A DNA stretch of 64,000 bases, from NCBI GenBank assembly GCA_043760135.1, contig JAYUPL010000014.1, positions 25,347 to 89,346 of the forward strand, read 5' to 3'. Both the position numbers and the translations under genes were made by a program. The DNA comes from Candidatus Parcubacteria bacterium (GTDB lineage Bacteria > Patescibacteriota > Minisyncoccia > Phycocordibacterales > CAIZLB01). Shown here in pieces: positions 1 through 9,728 of this stretch. The notes beneath the pieces are model-generated. The model saw only the letters and a program-made list of their open reading frames with translations, was not told where the DNA came from and ran no database searches. The first letter of the stretch is position 1. The number at the start of each line of letters is the position of its first letter.

Positions 1-1
1 G

Positions 2-358
2 TCAAAAATGAAGTATCCAGAATTTTTATTACGTTCAGAACAATCAATCATGCTTGAGGAATTGAAAGCTGATGTTGCACAGAGTGGTCAATCATTTGGT
101 GAATATTTAAAAATGATAAATAAGACAGAAGATACAGTAAAAGAGGAGAGAAAAGAAATGGCTGATAAAAGAGTGAAAACTCAACTTGTACTTAGTAAAA
201 TTGCGAATGAGGAAAAGCTGAAGGCTGATCAAGTTCATGTAGACGAACAAGTTGTTGAGATATTAAGAACTCATGTAAACGCAGATAAGGACAATGTTCG
301 TATGTTTGTGGAGAGATTTGAACTTAACCAGCTTGTGTGGAAGCTGCTGGAAGCATAG
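2..358 (+). CDS. tig: Trigger factor, C-terminal part (5' truncated by window edge)
   Basis: Frame is open from the window start; SFGEYLKMINKT...ADKRVKTQLVLSKIANEEKL is typical of the trigger factor C-terminal domain. Confidence 0.85.
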   Translation, partial: SKMKYPEFLLRSEQSIMLEELKADVAQSGQSFGEYLKMINKTEDTVKEERKEMADKRVKTQLVLSKIANEEKLKADQVHVDEQVVEILRTHVNADKDNVRMFVERFELNQLVWKLLEA

Positions 359-383
359 CATCATAGGTAGGGGGGGGAGGCTA

Positions 384-412
384 TTGACAAACCATATTAA
401 AAGTGCTATCAT
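384..412 (+). promoter_or_regulatory. sigma70-type promoter
   Basis: TTGACA(384-389)-17 nt-TATCAT(407-412) upstream of the ORF at 503. Confidence 0.65.
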
Positions 413-502
413 TATCAGGTAGCACTTTTAATATTGAATAAATAAAACGATAACGAAAGTGCTTTCCTCTACCGCAAACCAACCTAAAACACTGAAAATA
501 CC

Positions 503-1420
503 ATGAAAACGCTAGTTATGCTTGCTGTGCTCCTTGGAGCGTTCTTAAATGTCTCCGTCAGGGCTAAAGCCGCCGAAATGCAACTTTGGATGTCTGTGTC
601 GCCTCCCAACCCAATCGTTGGGAAAATCGTAACAGTGTCCATCACGTCTTCTGGGGGTGATAATCCCCACCAATACGTTTGGAACTCCTCCAATCCGACT
701 GAGACCCCTCAGCTCTACAACTGGACGGCACCCTACCCATATGCAACAACGAAGACCATGAGCTTTGTTTACACCACCACCGGAGGGAAGTCGATTACGG
801 TCGCCGCCGCCAGTGGCAACCAGCAGATAGTTAGAACTCTCTATTTCAACGTTGTTGGAGGTAAGATGAGTCCTAATGGCGGCGATATATGGGTCTCAGC
901 CTCACCTCCTAATCCAATTGTTGGAGAAACCGTGACGGTCTCCGTCACATCTTCGTCGGGAGGTACCAAATCCACTAAAACCGCAACGTTTATTTACAAC
1001 GCTGCTGGAACTAAGTTTGTCAACGTTACCTCTCCTAGCGGGATTAGCAGAACCCTTTCCTTCGACGTTGTTGAAGGCAGGATCACTCTAATCACCCCTA
1101 ACGGCGGTGAAGTTTGGGAGGTCGGTAAGACTTACCAAATTCAGTGGATCACAGAAGGCAACGTCCCTTTCGTCCAGATTGGACTCTGGGATGATCGTTA
1201 CAACAGCGAAGTTGGTAGTAATGGCGAAGAATTGATCGCTTTTTCAACCACCAACACAGGTTGGTTCAACTATGAGGTTCCACCAGCTCGTGCTGACGGA
1301 ATCTCCGCTGGAAATCTTGGTGGTCAGAACTACAAAGTCTCTGTTCAGGGCTTCAATCCCTGCTTCGGTGGACTCTCGGCCGGGAAGTTCACAATAAAAC
1401 TCCCAGTTCTTCAGTTCTGA
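503..1420 (+). CDS. Secreted Ig/PKD-like repeat protein with a C-terminal Ser/Thr-rich surface-type domain
   Basis: Signal peptide; duplicated W.S.SPPNPIVG..VTVS.TSS.GG module; ITLITPNGGEVWEVGKTYQIQW motif. Confidence 0.6.
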   Translation: MKTLVMLAVLLGAFLNVSVRAKAAEMQLWMSVSPPNPIVGKIVTVSITSSGGDNPHQYVWNSSNPTETPQLYNWTAPYPYATTKTMSFVYTTTGGKSITVAAASGNQQIVRTLYFNVVGGKMSPNGGDIWVSASPPNPIVGETVTVSVTSSSGGTKSTKTATFIYNAAGTKFVNVTSPSGISRTLSFDVVEGRITLITPNGGEVWEVGKTYQIQWITEGNVPFVQIGLWDDRYNSEVGSNGEELIAFSTTNTGWFNYEVPPARADGISAGNLGGQNYKVSVQGFNPCFGGLSAGKFTIKLPVLQF

Positions 1421-1465
1421 AACCTCAACTCAAGGTAGGGCGACTACCTATAAAACTAAATTGTC

Positions 1466-1498
1466 GCCATCAGCTGTCACCTCGTGTGATGGCTTTTT
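1466..1498 (+). terminator. Probable intrinsic terminator
   Basis: GCCATCA/TGATGGC stem followed by a T-run. Confidence 0.55.
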
Positions 1499-1687
1499 CT
1501 TATTCACCCCTATCTATCCTCGCACAACCGTGTTATACTCAAATCACAAGGGTATACCCACAGACTTTGAGAGAATACAGAGCCTGATTTATAACCAACT
1601 GCAGTGACTTTCAGTGGAATAAATCATACAGATTACAAAGTAGTGTTAGTCAGATTAATTTAAAATAAAAATACAAGAATAAACAAA

Positions 1688-2101
1688 ATGGAAGCAGTAA
1701 ACAATAAAAAATTATACGTAGGAAACCTATCATGGGGAATCAGTGATGATTCATTAAGAGCTGCTTTTGCAGAATTTGGTGAAGTTACATCAGCACAAGT
1801 TGCTATGGATAGAATGACAGGTAGATCAAGAGGATTCGCATTCGTTGAATTCGCAACTGATGAAGCTGCTGCAGCCGCAGTTGCAGCATTGGATGGTCGT
1901 GAATTAGACGGAAGAGAATTGAGAGTAAACATCGCTATGCCAAAAACAGAAGGAGGCTCATCAGCACCAAGAAGATCTTTTGGTGGAGATAGAGGTGGAC
2001 AAGGTGGTGGATACTCAAGAGGTGGAGACAGAGGAGGTGATAGAGGTGGATATTCTTCACCAAGAGGTGGACAAGGTGGTGGATACTCAAGAGGATACTA
2101 A
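1688..2101 (+). CDS. RRM RNA-binding protein with Gly/Arg-rich tail
   Basis: RNP2 KLYVGNL, RNP1 RGFAFVEF, repeated RGG/GGY tail. Confidence 0.95.
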   Translation: MEAVNNKKLYVGNLSWGISDDSLRAAFAEFGEVTSAQVAMDRMTGRSRGFAFVEFATDEAAAAAVAALDGRELDGRELRVNIAMPKTEGGSSAPRRSFGGDRGGQGGGYSRGGDRGGDRGGYSSPRGGQGGGYSRGY

Positions 2102-2139
2102 TCTTTCGATAAAACCTTTGGTATTTTTTAAATAAAATA

Positions 2140-2178
2140 AATTAAAACTATGTGTTAATTCACATAGTTTTAATTTTT
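2140..2178 (+). terminator. Intrinsic terminator
   Basis: AATTAAAACTATGTG/CACATAGTTTTAATT inverted repeat followed by Ts. Confidence 0.7.
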
Positions 2179-2241
2179 AACTCCTCGGTTCGGAAATAAG
2201 TATTTGTATACTTATTTCTCTCACTCTACGTCGTTAATAAA
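2177..2241 (+). repeat. Palindromic interspersed repeat, family A copy 1
   Basis: TTAACTCCTCGGTTCGGAAA-[hairpin]-TTTCTCTCACTCTACGTCGTTAATAAA; flanks identical to the reverse complement of 9657-9723. Confidence 0.85.
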
Positions 2242-2280
2242 CAAAAGACGCGACAAAATCGTGTTTTTTGTTTATTATAT

Positions 2281-3504
2281 ATGTATATGAAATTTTCTTA
2301 CATCGCAAAGAAAGCAGACGACTCTACGTATGAAAGTATTTTTGTTACAGAATCAAAAACAGATTTATTTAATAAAATAAAACAAAGTGGTGATGTTCTT
2401 GTTTCTTATAAAATAATAACAGATGACAAGTTTCAGGTTGCTTGGAATAAATTTCTGTCTTCATTTTCAAAAGTAAAAATGATAGATAAGATAGTGTTTG
2501 CTCGTAACTTAGCAAACATGCTTGAGGCTGGACTTTCTTTGACACGTTCTATTTCTGTGATGGAAAAACAGAGTAAAAATAAAAAACTAAAAAATATTTA
2601 TCATGAAATTAATCTTGACATATCAGCGGGTAAAACTTTTCATGATGCGTTAAATAAATGGAATACAGTATTTCCTCCAGTTTTTATTTCTATGGTGAAG
2701 GCTGGTGAGGAGTCTGGAAATCTAGCTGATTCTTTAAAGTCTGTTGGTACCCAAATGGAAGCAACATATAAGCTTCAAAAGAAAATTAAAGGAGCTATGA
2801 TGTATCCGTCCGTTATATTTGTTGTGATGATTTTGATTGCAATTATTATGATGGTGTTTGTTGTACCAAAATTGACCGCTACGTTTGCTGATGTAAAAGC
2901 TGAACTTCCAGGTTCAACAAAATTTGTTATTTTTGTGAGTGAGTTTTTAAGAAATCATTTTATATTACTACCTGTTGGTTTATTAATATTGATGACTGTA
3001 ATTTATCAAGTCCTTCACACAAAAGAAGGTAAGAATATTTTTGATAAGGTTATTATAAAACTACCTATCTTTGGAACTCTTATAAAAGAATCTAACTCTG
3101 CAAAAACTGCAAGAACGCTTTCATCACTGATAGGATCTGGAGTAGATTTGATTCAGTCAGTTGATATTACTTCCGAAGTTTTACAAAATAATTTATACAA
3201 AAAAGTTATGTTTGAAGTAAGAGAAAATGTAGAAAAAGGTAAGCCGATGTCGGACATATTCAGTCAACATGAAAATCTGTACCCTGTGTTTGTTTCAGAG
3301 ATGATAAATGTAGGTGAGGAAACTGGTAAGTTGTCGAGTATGCTCCAGGGGGTTGCTGGTTTTTATGAAAATGAGGTTGATCAAAAAACGAAAGATTTGT
3401 CTACAATTATAGAGCCTATTCTTATGGTATTTATAGGTGTTGCTGTTGGATTCTTTGCTATCTCTATGATTACTCCGATGTATAGTGTAATGAATAATAT
3501 ATAA
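2281..3504 (+). CDS. pilC: Type IV pilus platform protein (T2SS F family)
   Basis: Two T2SSF domains: MVKAGEESGNL, MINVGEETGKL, IIEPILMV; lies upstream of pilins. Confidence 0.92.
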   Translation: MYMKFSYIAKKADDSTYESIFVTESKTDLFNKIKQSGDVLVSYKIITDDKFQVAWNKFLSSFSKVKMIDKIVFARNLANMLEAGLSLTRSISVMEKQSKNKKLKNIYHEINLDISAGKTFHDALNKWNTVFPPVFISMVKAGEESGNLADSLKSVGTQMEATYKLQKKIKGAMMYPSVIFVVMILIAIIMMVFVVPKLTATFADVKAELPGSTKFVIFVSEFLRNHFILLPVGLLILMTVIYQVLHTKEGKNIFDKVIIKLPIFGTLIKESNSAKTARTLSSLIGSGVDLIQSVDITSEVLQNNLYKKVMFEVRENVEKGKPMSDIFSQHENLYPVFVSEMINVGEETGKLSSMLQGVAGFYENEVDQKTKDLSTIIEPILMVFIGVAVGFFAISMITPMYSVMNNI

Positions 3505-3507
3505 TAT

Positions 3508-3951
3508 ATGAAAAAAAATCTCATCACATACTGCAAGCAAAAAGGTTTTACATTCATAGAGATGATAATTTCTCTCGGTCTGGTTGCTATGATATCAAGT
3601 CTTATTTTAGTCTCGTTCAATTCTTTGAACAATAAACAGTCACTTGATAAACAGATGGACTTTATAAAATCAGCAATAGGAAAAACGAGAACCAATGCTA
3701 TTAATTCACTTAACGGTGCAGATCAAGTGTTTACCTTTGCTTCAACTTCTATCACATATAATAGTCAAACGATAGATCTAGATCCAAGCATCTTATTGTC
3801 ATCATACACAACCGGCAGTAAAAATATTACATTTTCAAGATTAACAGGTTATCCAAGTGCTACAGGAACTCTGATTTACGTACTTCAAAAAGGAAGCACT
3901 GTTATTGCAACCAGTAGTATTACAATAAATAATTTAGGAATTATAGAATAA
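3508..3951 (+). CDS. Type IV pilin-like protein
   Basis: Class III signal KG/FTFIEMII. Confidence 0.88.
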   Translation: MKKNLITYCKQKGFTFIEMIISLGLVAMISSLILVSFNSLNNKQSLDKQMDFIKSAIGKTRTNAINSLNGADQVFTFASTSITYNSQTIDLDPSILLSSYTTGSKNITFSRLTGYPSATGTLIYVLQKGSTVIATSSITINNLGIIE

Positions 3952-4487
3952 TGAAATTAATAAAATTACAACAAGTCGTACAACAAGCGCACTTCTGTTT
4001 TGATAAATCAAAACAAGTCGTACAAAAAGGAATATCTTTAGTTGAGGTTATTATAGCTTCATCGATAATTAGTGTATCGATGATTTATATTTCTAATGTA
4101 TATGGAAATTTTTTAACTCTGTCTTTGGAAAATACTGACAAAGTGCAAGCAGTGTTCTTGTTAGACGAAGGGGTTGAAGCTGCAAAGACGATGAGAAACT
4201 ATGCATGGTCTTCTATTGCATCTTCAACTTCAGCTACGGATTATTATTTGGTGTGGCAGAGTGCTCGGTGGCAATCAACAACAACACCTGTGATTATTGA
4301 TAATAAGTTTATTAGAAAATTTACAGTTTCAGATGTATTTCGTGATGCTTCAACTTTGAACATTGTGACTAGTGGTGGAGTTCTGAATACAGACAGTAAG
4401 CTTGTAACTTTCGACGTATCTTGGAATTACAAAGGTGCAACATCAAGCAAGCAAATAAGTTTTTATATATTTAATCTATATGAATAA
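3951..4487 (+). CDS. Type IV minor pilin (PilV-like)
   Basis: KG/ISLVEVII prepilin motif; leader extended by a 42-bp palindromic insert. Confidence 0.88.
   Translation: MKLIKLQQVVQQAHFCFDKSKQVVQKGISLVEVIIASSIISVSMIYISNVYGNFLTLSLENTDKVQAVFLLDEGVEAAKTMRNYAWSSIASSTSATDYYLVWQSARWQSTTTPVIIDNKFIRKFTVSDVFRDASTLNIVTSGGVLNTDSKLVTFDVSWNYKGATSSKQISFYIFNLYE
3981..4028 (+). repeat. Palindromic repeat, family B, in frame inside the pilin leader
   Basis: CAACAAGCGCACTTCTGTTTTGATAAATCAAAACAAGTCGTACAAAAA; similar to 47626-47670 and to the reverse complement of 50332-50370. Confidence 0.7.
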
Positions 4488-5010
4488 AATAATTAACAAA
4501 AAAAAGAATAGCGGTTTTTCAATAATTGAAATAATTATTTATTTTTCAATACTCGCAATTATTTCTACTTTAGTAATTGGTAATATAATTTCACTTTTCA
4601 AAAACTATAATGTAGTAAGGGCTAATCAGGATATAGAATATAATGCCATTTCAATACTTGATAAGCTGACTCGAGATACTCGAGATGCTGCATTCATAAA
4701 TACATCAGACTCCTTATTTTCTGTGTCACAGGGTGCAATCTCTTTAAACATTGCAAGTTCGACTAATAGTACCGCTTCTAACACAGCTAAATTTTATCTA
4801 AACAATAATAAGATAAAATATAAAAAAGATGGTGTTGATTTTGGTAATCTTTCTACAAATGCAGTTACAGTTTCCAATTTTAAAATATATTATATAAATT
4901 CTTCCACCACTGAAGCTATAAAAGTAGAGCTGAATCTTGAAGTGACCCCTCACCTACATTCAGCAGTGATTTCTAAAAACTTTTACACTACTATACAACT
5001 TCGTGAATAA
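4480..5010 (+). CDS. Type IV minor pilin (PilW-like)
   Basis: SG/FSIIEIII prepilin motif. Confidence 0.88.
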   Translation: MNKIINKKKNSGFSIIEIIIYFSILAIISTLVIGNIISLFKNYNVVRANQDIEYNAISILDKLTRDTRDAAFINTSDSLFSVSQGAISLNIASSTNSTASNTAKFYLNNNKIKYKKDGVDFGNLSTNAVTVSNFKIYYINSSTTEAIKVELNLEVTPHLHSAVISKNFYTTIQLRE

Positions 5011-5025
5011 TTAAGATATAATAAC

Positions 5026-6819
5026 TTGTATATGAGAAATAAGGGTACAAAAGAAAAAGGAGCAGCTATGATCATAGTTGTTTTATTTTTTATAATATTA
5101 TCGGCAACATTATTGATTGGAGTATCTACGCCTATATCAAATCAGATCAAGGGTACCAATGAATTTCTGATTTCCAAATCAAGCTACACTATTGCTGACA
5201 GTCAGGTGGAAAATTCACTTTATAGATTTAATAAGGGTAAAAATGACGCCCCAAGTGAATTATCATTATTGGATTCAACAGCTAACGCTGTCCTGACTGA
5301 GACGAGTGATGGAAGAAGTCTTGTGGTTCAAGGCAGTAAATCATTTTTTGATAGATATGTGAAAGCAATATTTCAGAAAGGTGAAGGTTATTCCTTTAAT
5401 TATGGAATCCAAGTGGGAAATGGTGGATTACAGATGACAGGTTCATCCTATGTGACAGGAAATGTATATTCGAATGGGGATATTTCAGGTTCTACTGGCG
5501 GTGGTGGTCCATACAAAAACTACATCACAGGAACTGCCATTGCTGCAACATTATCAAATCCAAATGTAAGTTTTAGTATATCAAGCTCAACGGCAGCTTA
5601 TCAGGCATATTCGATAGGTCAAACAGATACGAATCAGGATGTTTCTCAGTCTTTTGTTACAGCGACTACGACAGGTATTACTCAAATAACTTTTTTAATT
5701 AAAAAAACTGGAATACCTGCAAATGCTACTGTGAAGATCGTAAATAACAACTCAGGTGTACCCGGGTCTACTCTGATAACCTCAGGTACTTTAAATGCTT
5801 CATTGGTAACAACCTCTTTTGCTTATATTTCTGCATATATGTCTACTACTGTACCTTTGAGTGCTAATGCGACATATTGGATTGTTATTGATAATGGGTC
5901 AAATGATGCTTCAAATTACTACTCTGTGGCTGCATATGATGGGGTGTATTCGACCGGTACTACAAAACAAGGTAAATATGGTACATCTATGGTAAATCTT
6001 TCAACTACAACCCTAGATTTTGATCTTGGTATATTTGTAGGTGGTGATCCTGGAGTTATATTGAATGTAGGAGTTGGTACTTCGGGAACTGGTGATGCCT
6101 GGGCAAACACTGTGACAGGTAGTACTGTGGTGGGAACAGGTAGTTTGTTTTGTCAGATTGGTTCAGGTAACAATAAAGTCTGTGATACTTCAAAAATTGA
6201 CCCTGTAGCTGTTGCATATCCAATATCACAAGGAAATATTAATGATTGGAAAGATCAGGCTACGGCTGGAGGAGCAACAACAACCAATCTTTCAGTGCCC
6301 AGCTCGGGTACATCATCGCTCGGACCTATAAAAATTAATGGTAATTTGACAATAAGTAGTGCGGACTTGATTTTAACGGGACCTATTTATGTAACGGGAA
6401 ATGTTACGATTGATGGTGGTTCCGTAATATCTGCAGATCCTACATTGGCAGCTTTCAGTGCCTTGATTATTGCAGACGGGGTTATCAGTGTTACGGGTTC
6501 TGGAGGAATTAGCGGTTCTGGCACATATGGAAGTTATGTTATGCTAATTTCAGATAAGTCTTGTACTACAACGGCAAATTGTATTGCAAACCCGTCTATA
6601 ACTGTTGCAGGGTCGTCAGGTACTGTTGTTTTATATGCTATAAATGGTGGTGTTACACTATCTGGTTCTTCCAATGTAAAATCTATTGTTGCAAAACTTG
6701 TATACCTACAAGGTGGTGCTAATATAACTTATGAAACAGGTCTTGCTAACATGAGCTTTACCTCAGGCCCATCGGGGTCCTGGAACAGGAAATCTTGGAA
6801 AGAGGTATTGGGGTGGTGA
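5026..6819 (+). CDS. PilX-like large minor pilin/adhesin
   Basis: KG/AAMIIVVLF PilX-type N-terminus; Ser/Thr/Gly-rich beta domains; C-terminal SWKE; last gene of the pilin cluster. Confidence 0.75.
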   Translation: MYMRNKGTKEKGAAMIIVVLFFIILSATLLIGVSTPISNQIKGTNEFLISKSSYTIADSQVENSLYRFNKGKNDAPSELSLLDSTANAVLTETSDGRSLVVQGSKSFFDRYVKAIFQKGEGYSFNYGIQVGNGGLQMTGSSYVTGNVYSNGDISGSTGGGGPYKNYITGTAIAATLSNPNVSFSISSSTAAYQAYSIGQTDTNQDVSQSFVTATTTGITQITFLIKKTGIPANATVKIVNNNSGVPGSTLITSGTLNASLVTTSFAYISAYMSTTVPLSANATYWIVIDNGSNDASNYYSVAAYDGVYSTGTTKQGKYGTSMVNLSTTTLDFDLGIFVGGDPGVILNVGVGTSGTGDAWANTVTGSTVVGTGSLFCQIGSGNNKVCDTSKIDPVAVAYPISQGNINDWKDQATAGGATTTNLSVPSSGTSSLGPIKINGNLTISSADLILTGPIYVTGNVTIDGGSVISADPTLAAFSALIIADGVISVTGSGGISGSGTYGSYVMLISDKSCTTTANCIANPSITVAGSSGTVVLYAINGGVTLSGSSNVKSIVAKLVYLQGGANITYETGLANMSFTSGPSGSWNRKSWKEVLGW

Positions 6820-6841
6820 TAGAGTGTGATATAATATTTTA

Positions 6842-7651
6842 ATGATATCTAAAAAAACGATTGTAATTGCAAATCTCAAGGCATCCAATAGTGTATATAA
6901 AGAAGTTGAAAAAAAGATTACTCTTTTATGTAAAGTTTTAAGTAAAGATAAATCCAAAGTAGATTTGATTGTTGCTCCTGTATTTTTACATCTCTCTCGT
7001 CTTAAGACTTTTTTTAAAAAATCTGTATCTCTATCTGCTCAGGATGTATCTTTATTTGAAAATGGATCACATACAGGGGAAGTAACTGCAGGTTCCATAA
7101 AAGATGCTGGTATTGAGTATGTGATAATCGGTCACAGTGAAAAAAGAGAACAAGGTGATACTCAAGACATGGTGGTACAAAAAGTTCAAAATGCTATAAA
7201 AAATGATTTAAAGGTTGTCCTATGTATTGGTGAAAAAGATAGAGACGAAGGTGTAAAATATTTAAAGGTTATAGAAAATCAAATCACTTCAGTTTTTCAT
7301 ACTGTAGATAAAAAGAATCATGAAAATATTATCATAGCCTATGAACCTGTCTGGGCTATTAACAATAAAAATAATTTATCTATTGATGCTCATAGTTTGC
7401 ACTCTATGGTAATTTACATCAGAAAAATTTTACTTGAAAAATATGGTGAGGCAGTTTCTAAAAATATAAATATACTTTACGGTGGATCTCTTACTCCGGA
7501 GAATGCACAAGATATATTGTGGAATGGAGAAGTTCAAGGTTTACTTATTGGGCGTGCTTCATGGGAGGTTGATAGTCTCGTTAAAATTATAAAAAATATA
7601 ATCGTTAATCCGAAAAAAAGTCTACTAAAAGTTTATGGAAATAAAAAATAA
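6842..7651 (+). CDS. tpiA: Triosephosphate isomerase
   Basis: GSHTGEV, IIGHSEKR, AYEPVWAI, LYGGS motifs. Confidence 0.95.
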   Translation: MISKKTIVIANLKASNSVYKEVEKKITLLCKVLSKDKSKVDLIVAPVFLHLSRLKTFFKKSVSLSAQDVSLFENGSHTGEVTAGSIKDAGIEYVIIGHSEKREQGDTQDMVVQKVQNAIKNDLKVVLCIGEKDRDEGVKYLKVIENQITSVFHTVDKKNHENIIIAYEPVWAINNKNNLSIDAHSLHSMVIYIRKILLEKYGEAVSKNINILYGGSLTPENAQDILWNGEVQGLLIGRASWEVDSLVKIIKNIIVNPKKSLLKVYGNKK

Positions 7652-8783
7652 AAAAGTATTACTACGTGCTGATTTCAATGTGCCTATAAAAGATAGTATT
7701 ATCAAGGATAATTACAGGATTGTATCAACTATTCCGACTTTAGAATTATTAAGAAATGCAGGAGCTAAAACAATTATTATTTCGCATATAGAAACTAAGG
7801 ATGCAGAAAAACCAACACTGAAACCTGTTTTTGATTATTTAAAAAATAATTATTCAGATTTAAATATTGAATTTATTGATAATGTTGAAATGCTAGAAGA
7901 TGCTTTAAATAATCTGGTTGATGGTGGATTTTTACTTTTAGAAAATATTAGAAATTTTGATGGAGAAAAAAATAATAGTACAGAACTTGCTGAAAATTTT
8001 AAAACATTAACAGAGGTGTACATCAATGATGCATTTGCAGTTTCGCATAGAGATCACATGTCTGTATCTGCGCTTCCTGCGTTGTACGATAAAGATCATA
8101 AAATGTTTGGATTACAGATGCAAAAAGAAATTAATAATTTATCAAAAATATTAATTCCAGAAAAACCTTCTGCTGTGATTTTGTCTGGTGCAAAATTTTC
8201 CACTAAGCTACCGTTGATTGAAAAATATTTACAAACTGCTGACAAGCTTTTGATTGGTGGTGCATTGTTTAACAACGTTTTAAGATCACTCGGACACAAT
8301 ATCGGAAAATCTTTGATAGATACTGAGGCTGATTTAACAACATTGGTTACAAGTGAGAATTTTATTAAAAAAGTTTATATACCGAAAACTGTTATTGTTA
8401 AAAATATAGATACAAATGAAGTTAGAAAATCTAGTGTACAGGATGTAAAAGAGAATGAGAGTATAATGGATGTGGACAGTATACAAAATTTTGTACAAAT
8501 CTTAAAAGATGAAAATTATAAAACCATAGTATGGAATGGGCCTCTTGGATATTATGAGGATGATCTGTTCAAAACAGGAACTTTGGAGTTGGCTAAAGGT
8601 TTAGTTGAATACGTGACTGTTCATGAAAACGCGCATCTATTTATAGGAGGAGGAGATACTGTGGGTGCAATACAAAGCATGCACATAGATAGTCAAAGGA
8701 TATTTATCTCAACCGGAGGTGGGGCAATGCTCGAGTTTTTGGAGAGGGATGGAAAATTACCTGGAGTTGTGAATGTTCAGTAG
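7635..8783 (+). CDS. pgk: Phosphoglycerate kinase
   Basis: RADFNVP, NDAFAVSHR, WNGPLG, GGGDT, ISTGGGA motifs. Confidence 0.97.
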   Translation: MEIKNKKVLLRADFNVPIKDSIIKDNYRIVSTIPTLELLRNAGAKTIIISHIETKDAEKPTLKPVFDYLKNNYSDLNIEFIDNVEMLEDALNNLVDGGFLLLENIRNFDGEKNNSTELAENFKTLTEVYINDAFAVSHRDHMSVSALPALYDKDHKMFGLQMQKEINNLSKILIPEKPSAVILSGAKFSTKLPLIEKYLQTADKLLIGGALFNNVLRSLGHNIGKSLIDTEADLTTLVTSENFIKKVYIPKTVIVKNIDTNEVRKSSVQDVKENESIMDVDSIQNFVQILKDENYKTIVWNGPLGYYEDDLFKTGTLELAKGLVEYVTVHENAHLFIGGGDTVGAIQSMHIDSQRIFISTGGGAMLEFLERDGKLPGVVNVQ

Positions 8784-8840
8784 TTGTTGTATAAATACAT
8801 AATCTGAAAATGTATTTCAGACTGTACTACCCACAAAACC

Positions 8841-9272
8841 ATGAAAACCACACATTTGATTATTTTGTTCTTCGCGTTTTTTCTCTCTGCTTCGGCGCAG
8901 ACTGGTCCGAGTTATGGACTTCCGAAACTCAAAGAGGTTCAAGGTGCTCGGACGAGTGTTGACGGTCGTTGGATTAACTATGACGGTAGTCTGTACCATA
9001 TAATGGACACTTCCTTCAATAAGGATTCGGATGAACCAATTCTTTTTGTAAATAGTGATCCATACATTGTTGGGGCTCGGATCACTCTCAATGATGAGTT
9101 CGTGTACTACGGTCGAAACAATTACCAAAAGTTTCGGACCGCTTGGAAACCGATGGTGATACGTGGAGGTGAGATAAAACGTCCAACTGGAGCAGTCTTA
9201 GGATTTGCAGTTTTTATTGCTATTTTTATAACCTGCTTCGCAAGATCTACTGCCAAAAGGACAGCATGGTAG
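8841..9272 (+). CDS. Hypothetical secreted/membrane-anchored protein
   Basis: Signal peptide, C-terminal TM segment, downstream hairpin plus T-run. Confidence 0.6.
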   Translation: MKTTHLIILFFAFFLSASAQTGPSYGLPKLKEVQGARTSVDGRWINYDGSLYHIMDTSFNKDSDEPILFVNSDPYIVGARITLNDEFVYYGRNNYQKFRTAWKPMVIRGGEIKRPTGAVLGFAVFIAIFITCFARSTAKRTAW

Positions 9273-9379
9273 GTGAATCTGTTTTTGTTTTCAAATCAAC
9301 CCTCGGGACTCTAAAAGTTCCAGGGTTTTCTTTTTATTTGATAAATTGCTGTTGGTGAGGTATACATAAAGTATCCGAA

Positions 9380-9601
9380 ATGGTTTCGGATCTTGAACCT
9401 TCGACCTATATGAGAACCATAAGCACCGTTTTCCTCGTTTTACTTACTGTCAAATTATTTTTCTCCTTCAGTGGTGTGCCGTTGTTTATTGTTATGATCG
9501 TTTCTGTATTTGCTGTTCCTTTCTTTATTATGGAGATACTCTACATCTCTCAAGATAGGGACAGTGACCTCGGATATATCAATCGATCTTCTAACTGGTA
9601 A
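9380..9601 (+). CDS. Small hypothetical membrane protein
   Basis: Two hydrophobic segments; followed by a hairpin at about 9624-9655. Confidence 0.4.
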   Translation: MVSDLEPSTYMRTISTVFLVLLTVKLFFSFSGVPLFIVMIVSVFAVPFFIMEILYISQDRDSDLGYINRSSNW

Positions 9602-9656
9602 CCTTGTGCAAACCCAAATCAAAAATCCCCGGACTTTTACAGGACTGGGGATTCTC

Positions 9657-9723
9657 TTTATTAACGACGTAGAGTGAGAGAAACAAAAGTGATGACACTT
9701 TTGTTTCCGAACCGAGGAGTTAA
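9657..9723 (-). repeat. Palindromic interspersed repeat, family A copy 2
   Basis: Same flanks as 2177-2241 with a different internal hairpin (AAACAAAAGTG-TCAT-CACTTTTGTTT). Confidence 0.85.
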
Positions 9724-9728
9724 CGGTA

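Noticed and set aside
2177-2241. Family A repeat as an integron attC site
   Set aside because: Ends do not match RYYYAAC/GTTRRRY, L boxes do not pair, and there is no integrase or cassette array
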